DNA of 64,000 nt from an uncultured Gammaproteobacteria bacterium (GCA_964491185.1 CAZBFH010000001.1:16739-80738); one strand, 5' to 3'; positions 18,024 through 27,619 are shown, numbered from the stretch's first letter. The notes: generated by a model not told the origin, from the letters alone. Made by a program: numbers and translations.

Positions 18024-19459
18024 AGGCTTTTTCTTAAATCAAAAATAATATACTGCTGAGTTTCTTCTAAAACAGCATAATTTTTTCTGAAATAATCATC
18101 GTTGGGTTTAGGGTTAGCAATTACTAGATATTGAGCTCCTAAATCTTTTACCATCACGCTTAAATCATTTTGATAACTTGCCCATCCCTTTCTTCTAGTT
18201 TGATATAAAAAGGATGTATCACCTTCGTAATTTGCAATAACTAATGCATCTTTTGGAGTTAGTCTGTCAACTGCATTTCCACCTGCGATTATCGCATCAT
18301 TTATATCATAGTAATCTCTTACGAAAAACCAACTAAACATACAGGAAAAGACAATAATACCAATAAGGATTATTGGCGTAAGATATTTATTTGCTAAGTT
18401 TTTTCCTAAGTTAAGTAAAAAATCCCCGCCCACTCCAGAAAGTAAACAAAGAGTAGGTAGAATCAATATTTGGTAATAATCATGTTGAATATTTCCCCTT
18501 GCTATTACAATTAAGTAAAGAAGTGAGGAGGCTAGAAAAGAATAGAAAAATAGATAACTTGATTTAGTTTTAGCAACTAATCCAAAAACCACTAAAACTA
18601 ATCCCCAGTAACCAAGTATTAGCTTGGCAATTCTTTCTGCAAAAATCCAATTAAAAAAAGCTCCCTTAAAACGCATGCCACCTTTATTAAAAAGCCATTG
18701 CGACATCGGTATTCCTTCAGGAAATTGTGTCATCCACTGCCTCCATCCAAGCATAGGAAGGAGTGATGTTATAGCAAATACCCAAAGATATGGATTAAGA
18801 ATCATTTTTAATCCAAATGAATTGTATGCTAGATAAACCATAGGAAGAGTAAAAAATACTGCAAAGGGTTTTAGCAAAAATGAAATCGCACTAAATAATA
18901 TTGCCAATAAATAATAAGTAAACTTTTTGTGCTTCGATTTTTCCAAAAGCCATAAATCGAAAAAATAAATTCCCGCTAAAATAGCTGCCGCGGTTGATGT
19001 ATCAGGCAAAATTGTTCTCCCATAATAAACACTAAATGGAAGGATTGCAAAAAAAAATGCACCAATTATTCCTGCTCTTTCATTCTGATGTCTTTTGAGT
19101 AATAAAAAAATTAACAATGCGGTAGAGAGAGATGCGAAAATAGTAACTAGTCTTCCCCATTCTTCCAGGGTAAAAACTGGAAATAATCTATATAACCCTC
19201 CCTGAAATAAATTGTAAATTGGAAACTCTACAAAACGATATCCATTTGGATTATTTAACCCTGAAGGAACATTTGATAAATCATGATACTTTGGATGAAG
19301 CAGATCAAATCCATTTTCTACAAAAAGTCTTGAAACGGATGATGTATCAGCTTGACGCCAGCTATGCCAGTCAGCAACTGGACCATTAAATTTATAAAGT
19401 CTTAGAATAAGTCCAAGGAGTAATACACCAATAAGAAGCCCCAAGTGAATTCTTTTCAT
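18020..19459 (-). CDS. Polytopic GT-C-type glycosyltransferase (ArnT/PMT/GT39-83-like)
   Basis: 479 aa with about 12 predicted TM helices. First loop motif WRQADTSS and the overall architecture resemble ArnT-like lipid-linked sugar transferases. Confidence 0.5.
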   Translation of the reverse strand: MKRIHLGLLIGVLLLGLILRLYKFNGPVADWHSWRQADTSSVSRLFVENGFDLLHPKYHDLSNVPSGLNNPNGYRFVEFPIYNLFQGGLYRLFPVFTLEEWGRLVTIFASLSTALLIFLLLKRHQNERAGIIGAFFFAILPFSVYYGRTILPDTSTAAAILAGIYFFDLWLLEKSKHKKFTYYLLAILFSAISFLLKPFAVFFTLPMVYLAYNSFGLKMILNPYLWVFAITSLLPMLGWRQWMTQFPEGIPMSQWLFNKGGMRFKGAFFNWIFAERIAKLILGYWGLVLVVFGLVAKTKSSYLFFYSFLASSLLYLIVIARGNIQHDYYQILILPTLCLLSGVGGDFLLNLGKNLANKYLTPIILIGIIVFSCMFSWFFVRDYYDINDAIIAGGNAVDRLTPKDALVIANYEGDTSFLYQTRRKGWASYQNDLSVMVKDLGAQYLVIANPKPNDDYFRKNYAVLEETQQYIIFDLRKSL

Positions 19460-19480
19460 TAAGTTTATTTTAATTTATCC

Positions 19481-22400
19481 CTAGGGCATTATCAAATCTG
19501 AAGTAGGTTTTATTTTTCGATCAACTTCCTCTACATTTCCCCCATCCGTAAATCTAAATACAGGATGCGCTAACGAAGTGCCTGCTGCTTCAATGGCACT
19601 CTTTTCATCTGAGTGAATAAATATTTTCGCATCGTCATTTTTAAATGCGAACCAAACTGCATCAGGAAGTCCAACTGGAAATACCCATGCCTGACCATCT
19701 TTAGTTGGCACATTTACAAAATGGAACTCTGTGTCCACCTGCGACCAATAACTTGTATAAAGTGACTCCATAGAAATAAAGAATCTCTTTGTTTTATTTC
19801 CTGCCTCATGCCAATTAAAGAAAGTGCTTTGATTTTGAATTAAATGAAAAAGGGCAAATACAATTATTACGACGGTTGAAGCCCCCAATGCAATTTCCCG
19901 TCCGCTGTTAAGCAAATATTGATGTAGCTTTTTGAATAGAATTGTAAAAATAAAGACCAACCCCATTGTTGATAGATAACTGTATCTTGAAGTCATATTT
20001 CCCAGACCTAAAAATGGAAGAAGAGATATTACAAAAAACATAAGACCAAATGCCATGATCTTTTTTTCACTCGCTTCAAATAGCTTTGAAAATACTTTAT
20101 AAGCAAAAAATCCTACTAAAACTACCAAAGGAATAATAATTACAAAAATTATTAAATTTTCTCTGGCAAATATTCTCACAGAATTGTAAAAAGATAATGA
20201 CATTGGGCCTATCAAGCCAAGCGAGAAATATCCAAATATGTTTCCGATTATATTGAAAGGTAAATTAAGCGGATCATAACTATAGTCACCGCTAAACCAA
20301 TGACTCTTCGAAACAACTCTAAGAAGCAAATATCCCGCAACTGGAATAAATATCAGGTAGTTCTCAAATTGCTTTGGCAATGTTTTCAGCGATGCTGTGA
20401 ATCCGCTTTTATAAATCTTGTATGCGATCATTAAGGCTGGCGCTACTACTCCTAATTCATGAAACATTAAGGCAAAACAAACACTTAAAATGGCGCCTAC
20501 TAAATAATATATTTTTCTTTTTTCATCCCAAAAAATAAACAGAAGTAATGCTAGAAGCGAGAATACGCCGTTAAAAAGATGTCCAATTGAAGAAATCCAG
20601 AAAATATTTTCAAGTGGTCCACTTAAAACTAGGAATGTGAATGCAGAAAATGCTGCTAGTTTTATATCTTTGAAAATTTTTCTTGCAATGATAAAGAAAA
20701 GGGCAATAGCAGTAAAGTGAAGCATTAAGGAAGACAAATGATAAACAACCTGATTTAGCCAGAAAATTTGATACATAAAGTAGAAATAAATTTTCATTCC
20801 AGGTCTATAGAAAAAACCATCAGAATTTAGAAAATAATTCGTAAATAAATGCACCTGTGAACAATTCGTGCAATCTGCTGCCCAGCGAAGCCAAGTAAAG
20901 TCATCAGCAACAAAATAGTTATTAAGCATTGGTGAAAATAGAACTACGGATGTTATAAAAAGATAAAGAACAATTGCATAACTACTTCCCAACGCTTTCT
21001 TAACTTCATTACTTAAAGTGAAACTATGAACCTGATAAAGCCTGAGAATTCCGAATACAATACCGACTAAAATCCAAAGTAAAAATGCTATCTTTGAAGC
21101 TTCAAATACGTCTATTAATACAGCATTTAAAGACAGTCCTATAACACCCGCTACAAAACCAAGGACGAAACTCTTCGCGAGAGGTGAGTCAATATCAGGA
21201 TATATTTTTTTAACATAAATTCCTAAAATCAGAAATAGAAGAAAGAATGCTAAGAATCCCAAAATTCCAACCTCTCCAAGAATTCTAAGAAAATTATTGT
21301 CTACTGCCAGACTAACAGAACCATAACCACTTCCTATTAAAAGGTTCTTTTTAAATGCTTCAATTGCCCTCGGCCATTCCCCCTGAAATCTAGTTGTAAA
21401 CGAAAGATCGTAAGCAGAGGCTCTCTTAACAATAAAATTTCCCTTTAATATAAGCGCCTGTCCAGACGAACTTGATTGAAGATTCTGAGGAATTTCTATA
21501 AAAAAACTATCTGCTCTTTTAATGACTGGGGAAAGATATAAGTTCGTATATCCAGTTCCCTGCGGCAAATTCTCACCTGTTGAAATATTTACAGCTGTAA
21601 GAATTGGCACTTCTCCGGGTATAAGTCTATAGGGGAGTATTATTGCGTCATCAGGGTCAATAGATTCTTTTTGACTCTCCTTAATGGCATTTGCTAGCTC
21701 TTCTTGATCCCTGACTGTTCTTTGAAGAACTATCTTATCTTTAAAGTACTCCTTAGGGACGAATCTTACATGCCCAACTGATTCACCTGTTGCTGCGTCA
21801 ACCAAAACATCAGCTTCCGAAACGGTACTCTTAAATCTATCAAAAAGCGAAGATTGAAAAGTGACGAAGAAAGTTCCTCCAATTAAAATAACCGGGATTA
21901 GTGCAATAACAAGCTTTCTTTTTTGGAAAAAAAGCAAAAATCCAAGTGAAACAAATAGTACAAAAAAAGAAACACGAGAAACTGTCATTAAAAGAAGCAT
22001 CACTCCCGCAAATGAAATACATGCCAAAATTATTCTGATAATCAAATTTTTCAAACCTAGCGAAAGACTTACCAGGATAGGAATTATTAAAACTAAATAG
22101 GCCGCTAAGTCATAATGACCTGCAAATGTTGAAGGCACACGCGACAATGCTGAAAGAGTAATTGGAGTACCCTTCGCAAACTCTTCATTCATTGTAAGAA
22201 ACGCTGGGAATCCGAGATATTTCTGACCAAAACCATATGCTATTACGCCTATTAATGTAATAACAACCACAGAAACTATAACTGGCATGTGCTTTTTATT
22301 CTTCATGCCTTGATAACCAATGAAAAACAAACTTAGGTACTCTATGTGACGAATTAAACTAAGGAAAGCAACATTTGGATATGCATTTGAAATAGTTGGA

Positions 22401-22753
22401 AAAATAAGAAGAATACCATGAATCGTAGCTACCCCTCCAATTATCCAGAAAGCTAAAATTGGTAAAGTAAGAGGAGTTTTAAGTGTAATTTTCTTTCTGA
22501 CAAGTAACGTTAGCCAAGAAAGAATAACAAATAAAATAACGAAATCCTCGACTCTTATATAAACCCACGTATTCTGTATATCAAGAAGTGGAAGCTTAGG
22601 ATAGAGAGGAATAAATAAAAGCAGGAAAAGACTTTCAAGAAACAAAATGTTTTCCCAAATCCAAGTTAAAGCTTTTCCTGGTTTAGTTTTTAAGAAGCTT
22701 GAGAGCTTGACCATAAGTATTTGTATAATAACTATTATTAGATATCTTACCAA
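19481..22753 (-). CDS. Very large polytopic membrane protein: O-antigen ligase/polymerase (Wzy_C)-like N-terminal half fused to a second multi-TM module
   Basis: 1090 aa. TVSRVSFFVLFV segment resembles the Wzy_C (T.SRg) core. A soluble middle domain is followed by a second TM bundle (about residues 600-1000). The start overlaps the upstream GT2 by about 70 nt. Confidence 0.45.
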   Translation of the reverse strand: MVRYLIIVIIQILMVKLSSFLKTKPGKALTWIWENILFLESLFLLLFIPLYPKLPLLDIQNTWVYIRVEDFVILFVILSWLTLLVRKKITLKTPLTLPILAFWIIGGVATIHGILLIFPTISNAYPNVAFLSLIRHIEYLSLFFIGYQGMKNKKHMPVIVSVVVITLIGVIAYGFGQKYLGFPAFLTMNEEFAKGTPITLSALSRVPSTFAGHYDLAAYLVLIIPILVSLSLGLKNLIIRIILACISFAGVMLLLMTVSRVSFFVLFVSLGFLLFFQKRKLVIALIPVILIGGTFFVTFQSSLFDRFKSTVSEADVLVDAATGESVGHVRFVPKEYFKDKIVLQRTVRDQEELANAIKESQKESIDPDDAIILPYRLIPGEVPILTAVNISTGENLPQGTGYTNLYLSPVIKRADSFFIEIPQNLQSSSSGQALILKGNFIVKRASAYDLSFTTRFQGEWPRAIEAFKKNLLIGSGYGSVSLAVDNNFLRILGEVGILGFLAFFLLFLILGIYVKKIYPDIDSPLAKSFVLGFVAGVIGLSLNAVLIDVFEASKIAFLLWILVGIVFGILRLYQVHSFTLSNEVKKALGSSYAIVLYLFITSVVLFSPMLNNYFVADDFTWLRWAADCTNCSQVHLFTNYFLNSDGFFYRPGMKIYFYFMYQIFWLNQVVYHLSSLMLHFTAIALFFIIARKIFKDIKLAAFSAFTFLVLSGPLENIFWISSIGHLFNGVFSLLALLLFIFWDEKRKIYYLVGAILSVCFALMFHELGVVAPALMIAYKIYKSGFTASLKTLPKQFENYLIFIPVAGYLLLRVVSKSHWFSGDYSYDPLNLPFNIIGNIFGYFSLGLIGPMSLSFYNSVRIFARENLIIFVIIIPLVVLVGFFAYKVFSKLFEASEKKIMAFGLMFFVISLLPFLGLGNMTSRYSYLSTMGLVFIFTILFKKLHQYLLNSGREIALGASTVVIIVFALFHLIQNQSTFFNWHEAGNKTKRFFISMESLYTSYWSQVDTEFHFVNVPTKDGQAWVFPVGLPDAVWFAFKNDDAKIFIHSDEKSAIEAAGTSLAHPVFRFTDGGNVEEVDRKIKPTSDLIMP

Positions 22754-23564
22754 ATAAGTAAACCATCCCAGCTTTTATAAAAAGAGTAAGTCTCACAATC
22801 TGATAACTTAAACCACCTTGGTGTTTTTTATAAAAATATAAAACTCCTTTATAGATATTTATGATTGCAAAACCTTTATTACTACTACCCTGCTCTAGGT
22901 GAATAGTAGAAACATCTGGGAAAAAATACGTTTTATATCCTTTTTTCTTTGCTCTAAAAGAGAGCTCCATATCCTCAACATACATAAAAATATTCCTATC
23001 AAATCCTTCAATTTCGTTAAATAATTTTTTATTAACCATTAGACTTGCTCCAGCCACCCAGTCAACTTTACAAATTTTATCCGGACTAGATTTTAACAGA
23101 CCAAACCTTTCTCCACCAAAAATCATAATGAAAAAATTTAAAAGTGTATAGAATTTTCCTACAGAAACCTGAGGCGACCCGTCAGAATTAGTAAGCTTTC
23201 CCCCTAGAATCACCACATCATTATGTTCTTTAAGAAAATCTGCCATTTTAAGATAACCCTTATCCTTGGTCTCTGTATCAGAATTTAAGAATAAAACATA
23301 ATCGCCTTTTGAGCTTTCAGCTCCAAGATTACATCCTTTTCCAAAGCCTAAATTTTCCAAACTTTTTATTAGTTTTATTTTTTTATGAGAATTAGTAAAA
23401 TTCTCAACTTCTTTAAGATTTTTTTCACTTGATGCATTATCGACAATAATTATTTCAATTTTTTCGTTTTTTATTTCTTGATCAAATTGAAGAATCAATG
23501 AATCTATGCATTTCTTGATTAACTGAGGCGTGTTATAGCTTAAAATTACAATTGATAACGTCAT
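22683..23564 (-). CDS. Glycosyltransferase family 2
   Basis: 293 aa. LSIVILSYNTPQLIKKCIDSL, D-x-D and ED motifs. Confidence 0.75.
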   Translation of the reverse strand: MTLSIVILSYNTPQLIKKCIDSLILQFDQEIKNEKIEIIIVDNASSEKNLKEVENFTNSHKKIKLIKSLENLGFGKGCNLGAESSKGDYVLFLNSDTETKDKGYLKMADFLKEHNDVVILGGKLTNSDGSPQVSVGKFYTLLNFFIMIFGGERFGLLKSSPDKICKVDWVAGASLMVNKKLFNEIEGFDRNIFMYVEDMELSFRAKKKGYKTYFFPDVSTIHLEQGSSNKGFAIINIYKGVLYFYKKHQGGLSYQIVRLTLFIKAGMVYLFGKISNNSYYTNTYGQALKLLKN

Positions 23565-24118
23565 TATCTAAACCAAGCAGCTCTACCTAATTTATATTGG
23601 AGGTCTTTATTGGATCTTTCTCCTATTTCTTTTGCTGGAACTCCACCTACGATTTTGAATTCAGAAACATTTTTGGTGACTACTGCTCCTGCTGCTACCA
23701 CGGCACCTTTACCTATGCTTACACCTGGTAAAATTATTGCTCGAGGGCCTATGAACACATAATCCTCGATTTCAACAGGCGCAGTAACAGCTTTGAAATT
23801 TTCATCTTTTATATCGTGTTCTGAGTTATAAATCATTACCCCCGTTGCGATATCTACGTGGTTACCAATCCGGAGCTTGTCTCTTCCATCTAAAACTGCC
23901 CATTCGCCGACTATAGTATCATTCCCAATCTCAATTCCACCTGGCTTATAGGTGGAAAGAGCCATGTGAATAGTGGAGCCTCTCCCAATCTTCATTCCAA
24001 AAACTCTATAGGAAAAGCGCCTTAAATGATGACTCGGAACAAACCCAATTATCCAAATGAGAAATCCATTTATGAATTCTAAAATTATTGCATTCATTCT
24101 TCTGTTTATCTTACCCAC
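23564..24118 (-). CDS. Hexapeptide-repeat (LbH) sugar O-acetyltransferase with N-terminal hydrophobic helix
   Basis: 184 aa. Repeated [LIV]G-x4 hexapeptides (IGNHVDIATGVMI..IGPRAIILPGVSIGKGAVVAAGAVV). WcaF/NodL-like. Confidence 0.72.
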   Translation of the reverse strand: MGKINRRMNAIILEFINGFLIWIIGFVPSHHLRRFSYRVFGMKIGRGSTIHMALSTYKPGGIEIGNDTIVGEWAVLDGRDKLRIGNHVDIATGVMIYNSEHDIKDENFKAVTAPVEIEDYVFIGPRAIILPGVSIGKGAVVAAGAVVTKNVSEFKIVGGVPAKEIGERSNKDLQYKLGRAAWFR

Positions 24119-25244
24119 GACCTACCCCCTCTAGTACTTCTAAAGTCTGTCTTGCTGATTTTTCCCAGGAGAATTTTTCTACTTGTTTTTTACCCTTTTC
24201 GATCAGCTGCTTCTTAAGATTATTATCTCCTAATAATTTTTTCATTTTATTAGCTATGTCATCTGCGTCATTTGGATCCACATAAAGAGCAGCGTCTCCT
24301 CCTACCTCAGGTAGACTTGATACGTTACTCGTTATGACAGGTGTTTCATAACTCATAGCTTCAAGAACCGGAATACCAAAACCTTCATAAAGACTTGGAA
24401 GAATAAAAAATTCCGCATTCCTGTAAATTGCTGGCAAATCCTCATCTGAAACATTTTCTAAAAACAAAACTTTGTCTTTTACGTTATATTTTTCAGGAGC
24501 ATTTAATATCTCTTCAAATTGCCAGCCGCGTCTTCCGACGATCACCAAACTAACATCAGTCTCAATCTTAGAATATGCTTCGATAAGACGCTCTATATTT
24601 TTTCTTGGCTGAAGAGTACCTACAAAAAGAATATATTTATTTTTTATTCCAAATTTTTTTTCTAAATCTTCCATTTTCAGCTTATTGTTAACAGGCAAAC
24701 TAGTATTGATTCCTGGGTAAATTACCTCTATTTTATTACCTGAAACACCGTATTCTTTGATTATATCACTCTTACTCGACTCACTAATTGTCAGAATCTT
24801 CTCGGATTTTCTAGCTGAATATTTCGTCCATTTTTTAAGCTGAATTAAATCTTTTTTCTTAAAAAGCTGTGGAAAATAAATATATGAAACGTCTAGGATG
24901 GAGACTACAGATTTTTTAGGTGAGAATATTGGTAAATAGTGAGTTGGGGTGAAAAAAACATCAAGCGATCTATTTTTCAATAAATTTAATGATAAAGATG
25001 TAATAGTCCACATTTTTCTAGAGGGTAACACGGTATACCTCCATTTATCAGTTGCTTTGGGAAGATCATTTGTCGGACTTTGGGGCATATAGATTTCGTA
25101 GTTATTTTCTTTATCAAGTTTTGCAAGATTTGTTAAAAGCTCAAAGCAATAAACACTACTTCCTACTCTATTTGGTAGACCAGTGTCTTTGTTATAACCA
25201 AACCTTGGAACCACTGCTTCGTAACCATTAATACCTATTTTCAT
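24111..25244 (-). CDS. Glycosyltransferase family 4
   Basis: 377 aa. EGFGIPVLEAMSYETPVITSNVSSLPEVGGDAALYVDP. Confidence 0.8.
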   Translation of the reverse strand: MKIGINGYEAVVPRFGYNKDTGLPNRVGSSVYCFELLTNLAKLDKENNYEIYMPQSPTNDLPKATDKWRYTVLPSRKMWTITSLSLNLLKNRSLDVFFTPTHYLPIFSPKKSVVSILDVSYIYFPQLFKKKDLIQLKKWTKYSARKSEKILTISESSKSDIIKEYGVSGNKIEVIYPGINTSLPVNNKLKMEDLEKKFGIKNKYILFVGTLQPRKNIERLIEAYSKIETDVSLVIVGRRGWQFEEILNAPEKYNVKDKVLFLENVSDEDLPAIYRNAEFFILPSLYEGFGIPVLEAMSYETPVITSNVSSLPEVGGDAALYVDPNDADDIANKMKKLLGDNNLKKQLIEKGKKQVEKFSWEKSARQTLEVLEGVGRG

Positions 25245-25245
25245 A

Positions 25246-25818
25246 TTAGATCGAGGGATAAATTACTTTTATTTTTTCTTTATCAATTTTTAGAATTTCC
25301 TCTATGTCTTTCTTGCTCGATTCTGAAATCGTAAAAACAATACTAGATTCTTTTTTAAGCCACTTAAGTTTTCTTTTTTGAGATGCAACAATATTTGGAG
25401 AGATCAATAGCCTCAAAGGACTAAATTCTGTTTTACTGTGTGTTTCTTCTGGGTATTTGTAAACAATTAAATCATATATAACTGTCGCTTTTTTTGCGCT
25501 TCTTGTAGGCGGTTCTGTCCAGTCAGATGTAATAAATATATCTACATCTCCAATCAACCACTCAATTGGAAGAATATGTAGCCTATTCCAAATAAAATCT
25601 AAAGCAAGAGGTGGAAACTTAAAAGTTTTTATAGTAACCCTTGGACTTTCCTGAACATTAAATAAAGAAAGATCTAAATCTCGTCTTAAAGATGAGAAAA
25701 ATAAAACATATTCATTTTTCGTATCCAGTTTTAGTAGATTCTCAACAAGATTAGCGAGATAATTCGCTACTCCAGTTTTTGAATACACAACTTGGCTAAC
25801 ATCAATTCCTATTTTCAT
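25246..25818 (-). CDS. GT4 N-terminal-domain-only fragment (190 aa). Truncated paralog or gene remnant, possibly a split GT.
   Basis: MKIGIDVSQVVYSKTGVANYLANLVENL resembles the N-terminus of the GT4 at 14881-15987. The ORF ends at IKVIYPSI, exactly where the C-terminal GT-B domain would begin. Its stop TAA is 1 nt before the ATG of the complete GT4 downstream. Confidence 0.45.
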   Translation of the reverse strand: MKIGIDVSQVVYSKTGVANYLANLVENLLKLDTKNEYVLFFSSLRRDLDLSLFNVQESPRVTIKTFKFPPLALDFIWNRLHILPIEWLIGDVDIFITSDWTEPPTRSAKKATVIYDLIVYKYPEETHSKTEFSPLRLLISPNIVASQKRKLKWLKKESSIVFTISESSKKDIEEILKIDKEKIKVIYPSI

Positions 25819-26046
25819 CTAATTATTATGACGAAGTTTAGCTAAATTTAAAATGACCGCAAATGAAAACAGCAAGAAAGAGAACCAAACTAATTTTTGT
25901 GCTGTAAAAAATACCCATTGGCTAAAAAGAGGAATTGAAACGATCAAGCAAGAGAGTCCCACGATAGCAAACATTTTTGGATCTCTTTTTATAAAGAGCA
26001 ACAGAAAGACTGCTATAAATAGTGTGTCCTGTGGTTTAAGATCCAT
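25819..26046 (-). CDS. Small 2-TM membrane protein directly downstream of the CsbB/GtrB-like GT2
   Basis: 75 aa with two hydrophobic helices. Position suggests an accessory role (flippase or partner) for the polyprenyl-P-sugar synthase. Confidence 0.35.
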   Translation of the reverse strand: MDLKPQDTLFIAVFLLLFIKRDPKMFAIVGLSCLIVSIPLFSQWVFFTAQKLVWFSFLLFSFAVILNLAKLRHNN

Positions 26047-26051
26047 TTGAA

Positions 26052-27032
26052 TTAACTGGAATATTTTAAGAGAACCTTTGATTCGCTTTCGTTCTTACTG
26101 TTTATATTTAAAACCAAGTCAGCAATGAGCCCTGTAAATCCAGCCTGAAGACCAGAAATAATTAAAAGCATACCTAAAAATAAAAGCGGTCTTCTTCCTA
26201 TGGATTCTCCCTGAAAATGAATAAAAGAAAGATAAAGAAGGATTACGAGACCTAGAAAAACTAACAACCCACCAAAAAATCCAAAAAAATGAAGCGGACG
26301 CTTACTATATTTACTTAAAAATACCATTGTCATCATGTCAGGCATTTGAGTAAGAACTTTTATAGCTCCGTATTTAGATTTTCCCCAGCGTCTTTCATCA
26401 TGAACCACTGGAACCTCAGTTACCCTAAATCCTTCTTGTGCAACCAGAAGCGGGATAAATCTATGCATTCCTCCATATAGATTTACTGACTTTGCAGCTT
26501 CACTTATGTATAGTTTCAATCCACAATTATAATCATGAAGTTTTACTCCCCAGAATGTGGACGCCACCAGATTAAAGACCTTTGAAAAAATAATTTTAGT
26601 AATTGAATCTTTTCTCTCTTTTCTCCAGCCAGAAACCATATCATAACCCTCTTTATGCTTTTCTATTAGCTTGTGGACCTCTGATGGCTTATCTTGAAGA
26701 TCTGCATCCATCGTGACTATCAAATCCCCTTTTGCTTTTTGAAAACCAAATGTCAAAGCTTCTGCTTTTCCATGATTTCGTCTAAATGAATAAATACTAA
26801 TATTTGAATCTTTCTTCTCAAGGTCTTTAATCAAACTCAATGTCGTGTCATTTGAACCATCATCTATAAAAACAATTTCGTATTCTTTAGACAGAATCTT
26901 TGCGTGTTTTGTGAGCTCTTCGTAGAAATGAAGAATACTTTCCTCTTCGTTAAAAACTGGAATAACGTAACTAATCATAATTGCGGATCTAAACCTAATT
27001 TTATCATTTCTGAAGCTTTTATCAAAATGCAC
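26052..27032 (-). CDS. Polyprenyl-phosphate sugar synthase (GtrB/CsbB/DPM1-like GT2 with C-terminal TM hairpin)
   Basis: 326 aa. ISYVIPVFNEEESI..IVFIDDGSNDTT GT2 core plus two C-terminal TM helices (HFFGFFGGLLVFLGLV..LLFLGMLLIISGLQAGFTGLIADLV). The true start may be the internal MISYVIPV. Confidence 0.78.
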   Translation of the reverse strand: MHFDKSFRNDKIRFRSAIMISYVIPVFNEEESILHFYEELTKHAKILSKEYEIVFIDDGSNDTTLSLIKDLEKKDSNISIYSFRRNHGKAEALTFGFQKAKGDLIVTMDADLQDKPSEVHKLIEKHKEGYDMVSGWRKERKDSITKIIFSKVFNLVASTFWGVKLHDYNCGLKLYISEAAKSVNLYGGMHRFIPLLVAQEGFRVTEVPVVHDERRWGKSKYGAIKVLTQMPDMMTMVFLSKYSKRPLHFFGFFGGLLVFLGLVILLYLSFIHFQGESIGRRPLLFLGMLLIISGLQAGFTGLIADLVLNINSKNESESKVLLKYSS

Positions 27033-27043
27033 TAGTTATTTTA

Positions 27044-27071
27044 TTGACAATCTAATAAAAGTATATATAAT
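27044..27071 (+). promoter_or_regulatory. Perfect consensus sigma70 promoter TTGACA-16-TATAAT, 11 nt upstream of the 27083 ATG
   Basis: ttgaca at 27044-27049 and tataat at 27066-27071, read directly. There is no SD sequence before the ATG. Confidence 0.5.
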
Positions 27072-27082
27072 ACTGCTCGAGT

Positions 27083-27619
27083 ATGATAACAGAAGCTGTT
27101 CCGGGCTTAAGACCCTTACACGAAACGCCAATACCAGAAAGAGATAGAATTGAACCTTTACTCCTGGCACTAGGAGTTACAAATGTTATACTTGACTATC
27201 CTTTTCCAAAATCTCCTACAGGAGTGAGCTGGGCATCACCAGGTCATTTAGACGAAAGGGTAAGAACAGCGGGCACTGATGGAATTGAACTAAGAAGATC
27301 TACCAAAAGGATGGGACCCACTCTTAAATACGCCACATACCCAGGCGTCTTTACATCAGCTACGCCTCACTGGGTCGAGCAGGAATTTGGAGAAATTGAA
27401 CATCCATCATATCAAGGAGACGATGCTACTTATACTTTTACAAGAGCAACATTTTCTGAAGGACAATATAGGATCCATACTCTTGTTGAAAGAACAGAAG
27501 GAGACGGCGTAGAAGCAGATTTTTCCGTTAAAGACTTGAGATATTTACTCCGTCCCCCAATAGAAACTGCAAAACAAACGCCTGCATCAAGACTTTCTTG
27601 GGCTGTAAGACAAAGCTAA
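27083..27619 (+). CDS. Orphan hypothetical protein. The only plus-strand gene in the window, with GC markedly higher than its flanks.
   Basis: 178-aa ORF with a non-repetitive, globular-looking sequence. Consensus promoter upstream. Its 3' end overlaps the stop of the convergent 27587-29560 gene by 33 nt. Confidence 0.45.
   Translation: MITEAVPGLRPLHETPIPERDRIEPLLLALGVTNVILDYPFPKSPTGVSWASPGHLDERVRTAGTDGIELRRSTKRMGPTLKYATYPGVFTSATPHWVEQEFGEIEHPSYQGDDATYTFTRATFSEGQYRIHTLVERTEGDGVEADFSVKDLRYLLRPPIETAKQTPASRLSWAVRQS

Noticed and set aside
22683-22753. 70-nt overlap between the GT2 and the 1090-aa membrane gene as evidence of a frameshifted fused gene
   Set aside because: The two reading frames encode unrelated, individually complete domain architectures (soluble GT2 versus polytopic membrane protein). 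An overlap or alternative start is more plausible than a frameshift.
27088-27108. Sequence ACAGAAGCTGTTCCGGGCTTA resembling the 3' P4 strand of bacterial RNase P RNA (ACAGAAnCCGGCTTA), with GGTAAGAACAGCGGGCAC further on. This raised the idea that the GC-rich 27083-27619 region is an RNase P/tmRNA-like structured RNA rather than a protein gene.
   Set aside because: The matching 5' P4 strand (GGAAAGTCCGGGCTCC) is not present at the required distance on either strand. The motif would sit at the wrong end of the element. No tRNA-like 3' end or tag ORF for tmRNA was found. A clean 178-aa ORF with a consensus promoter explains the region more simply.
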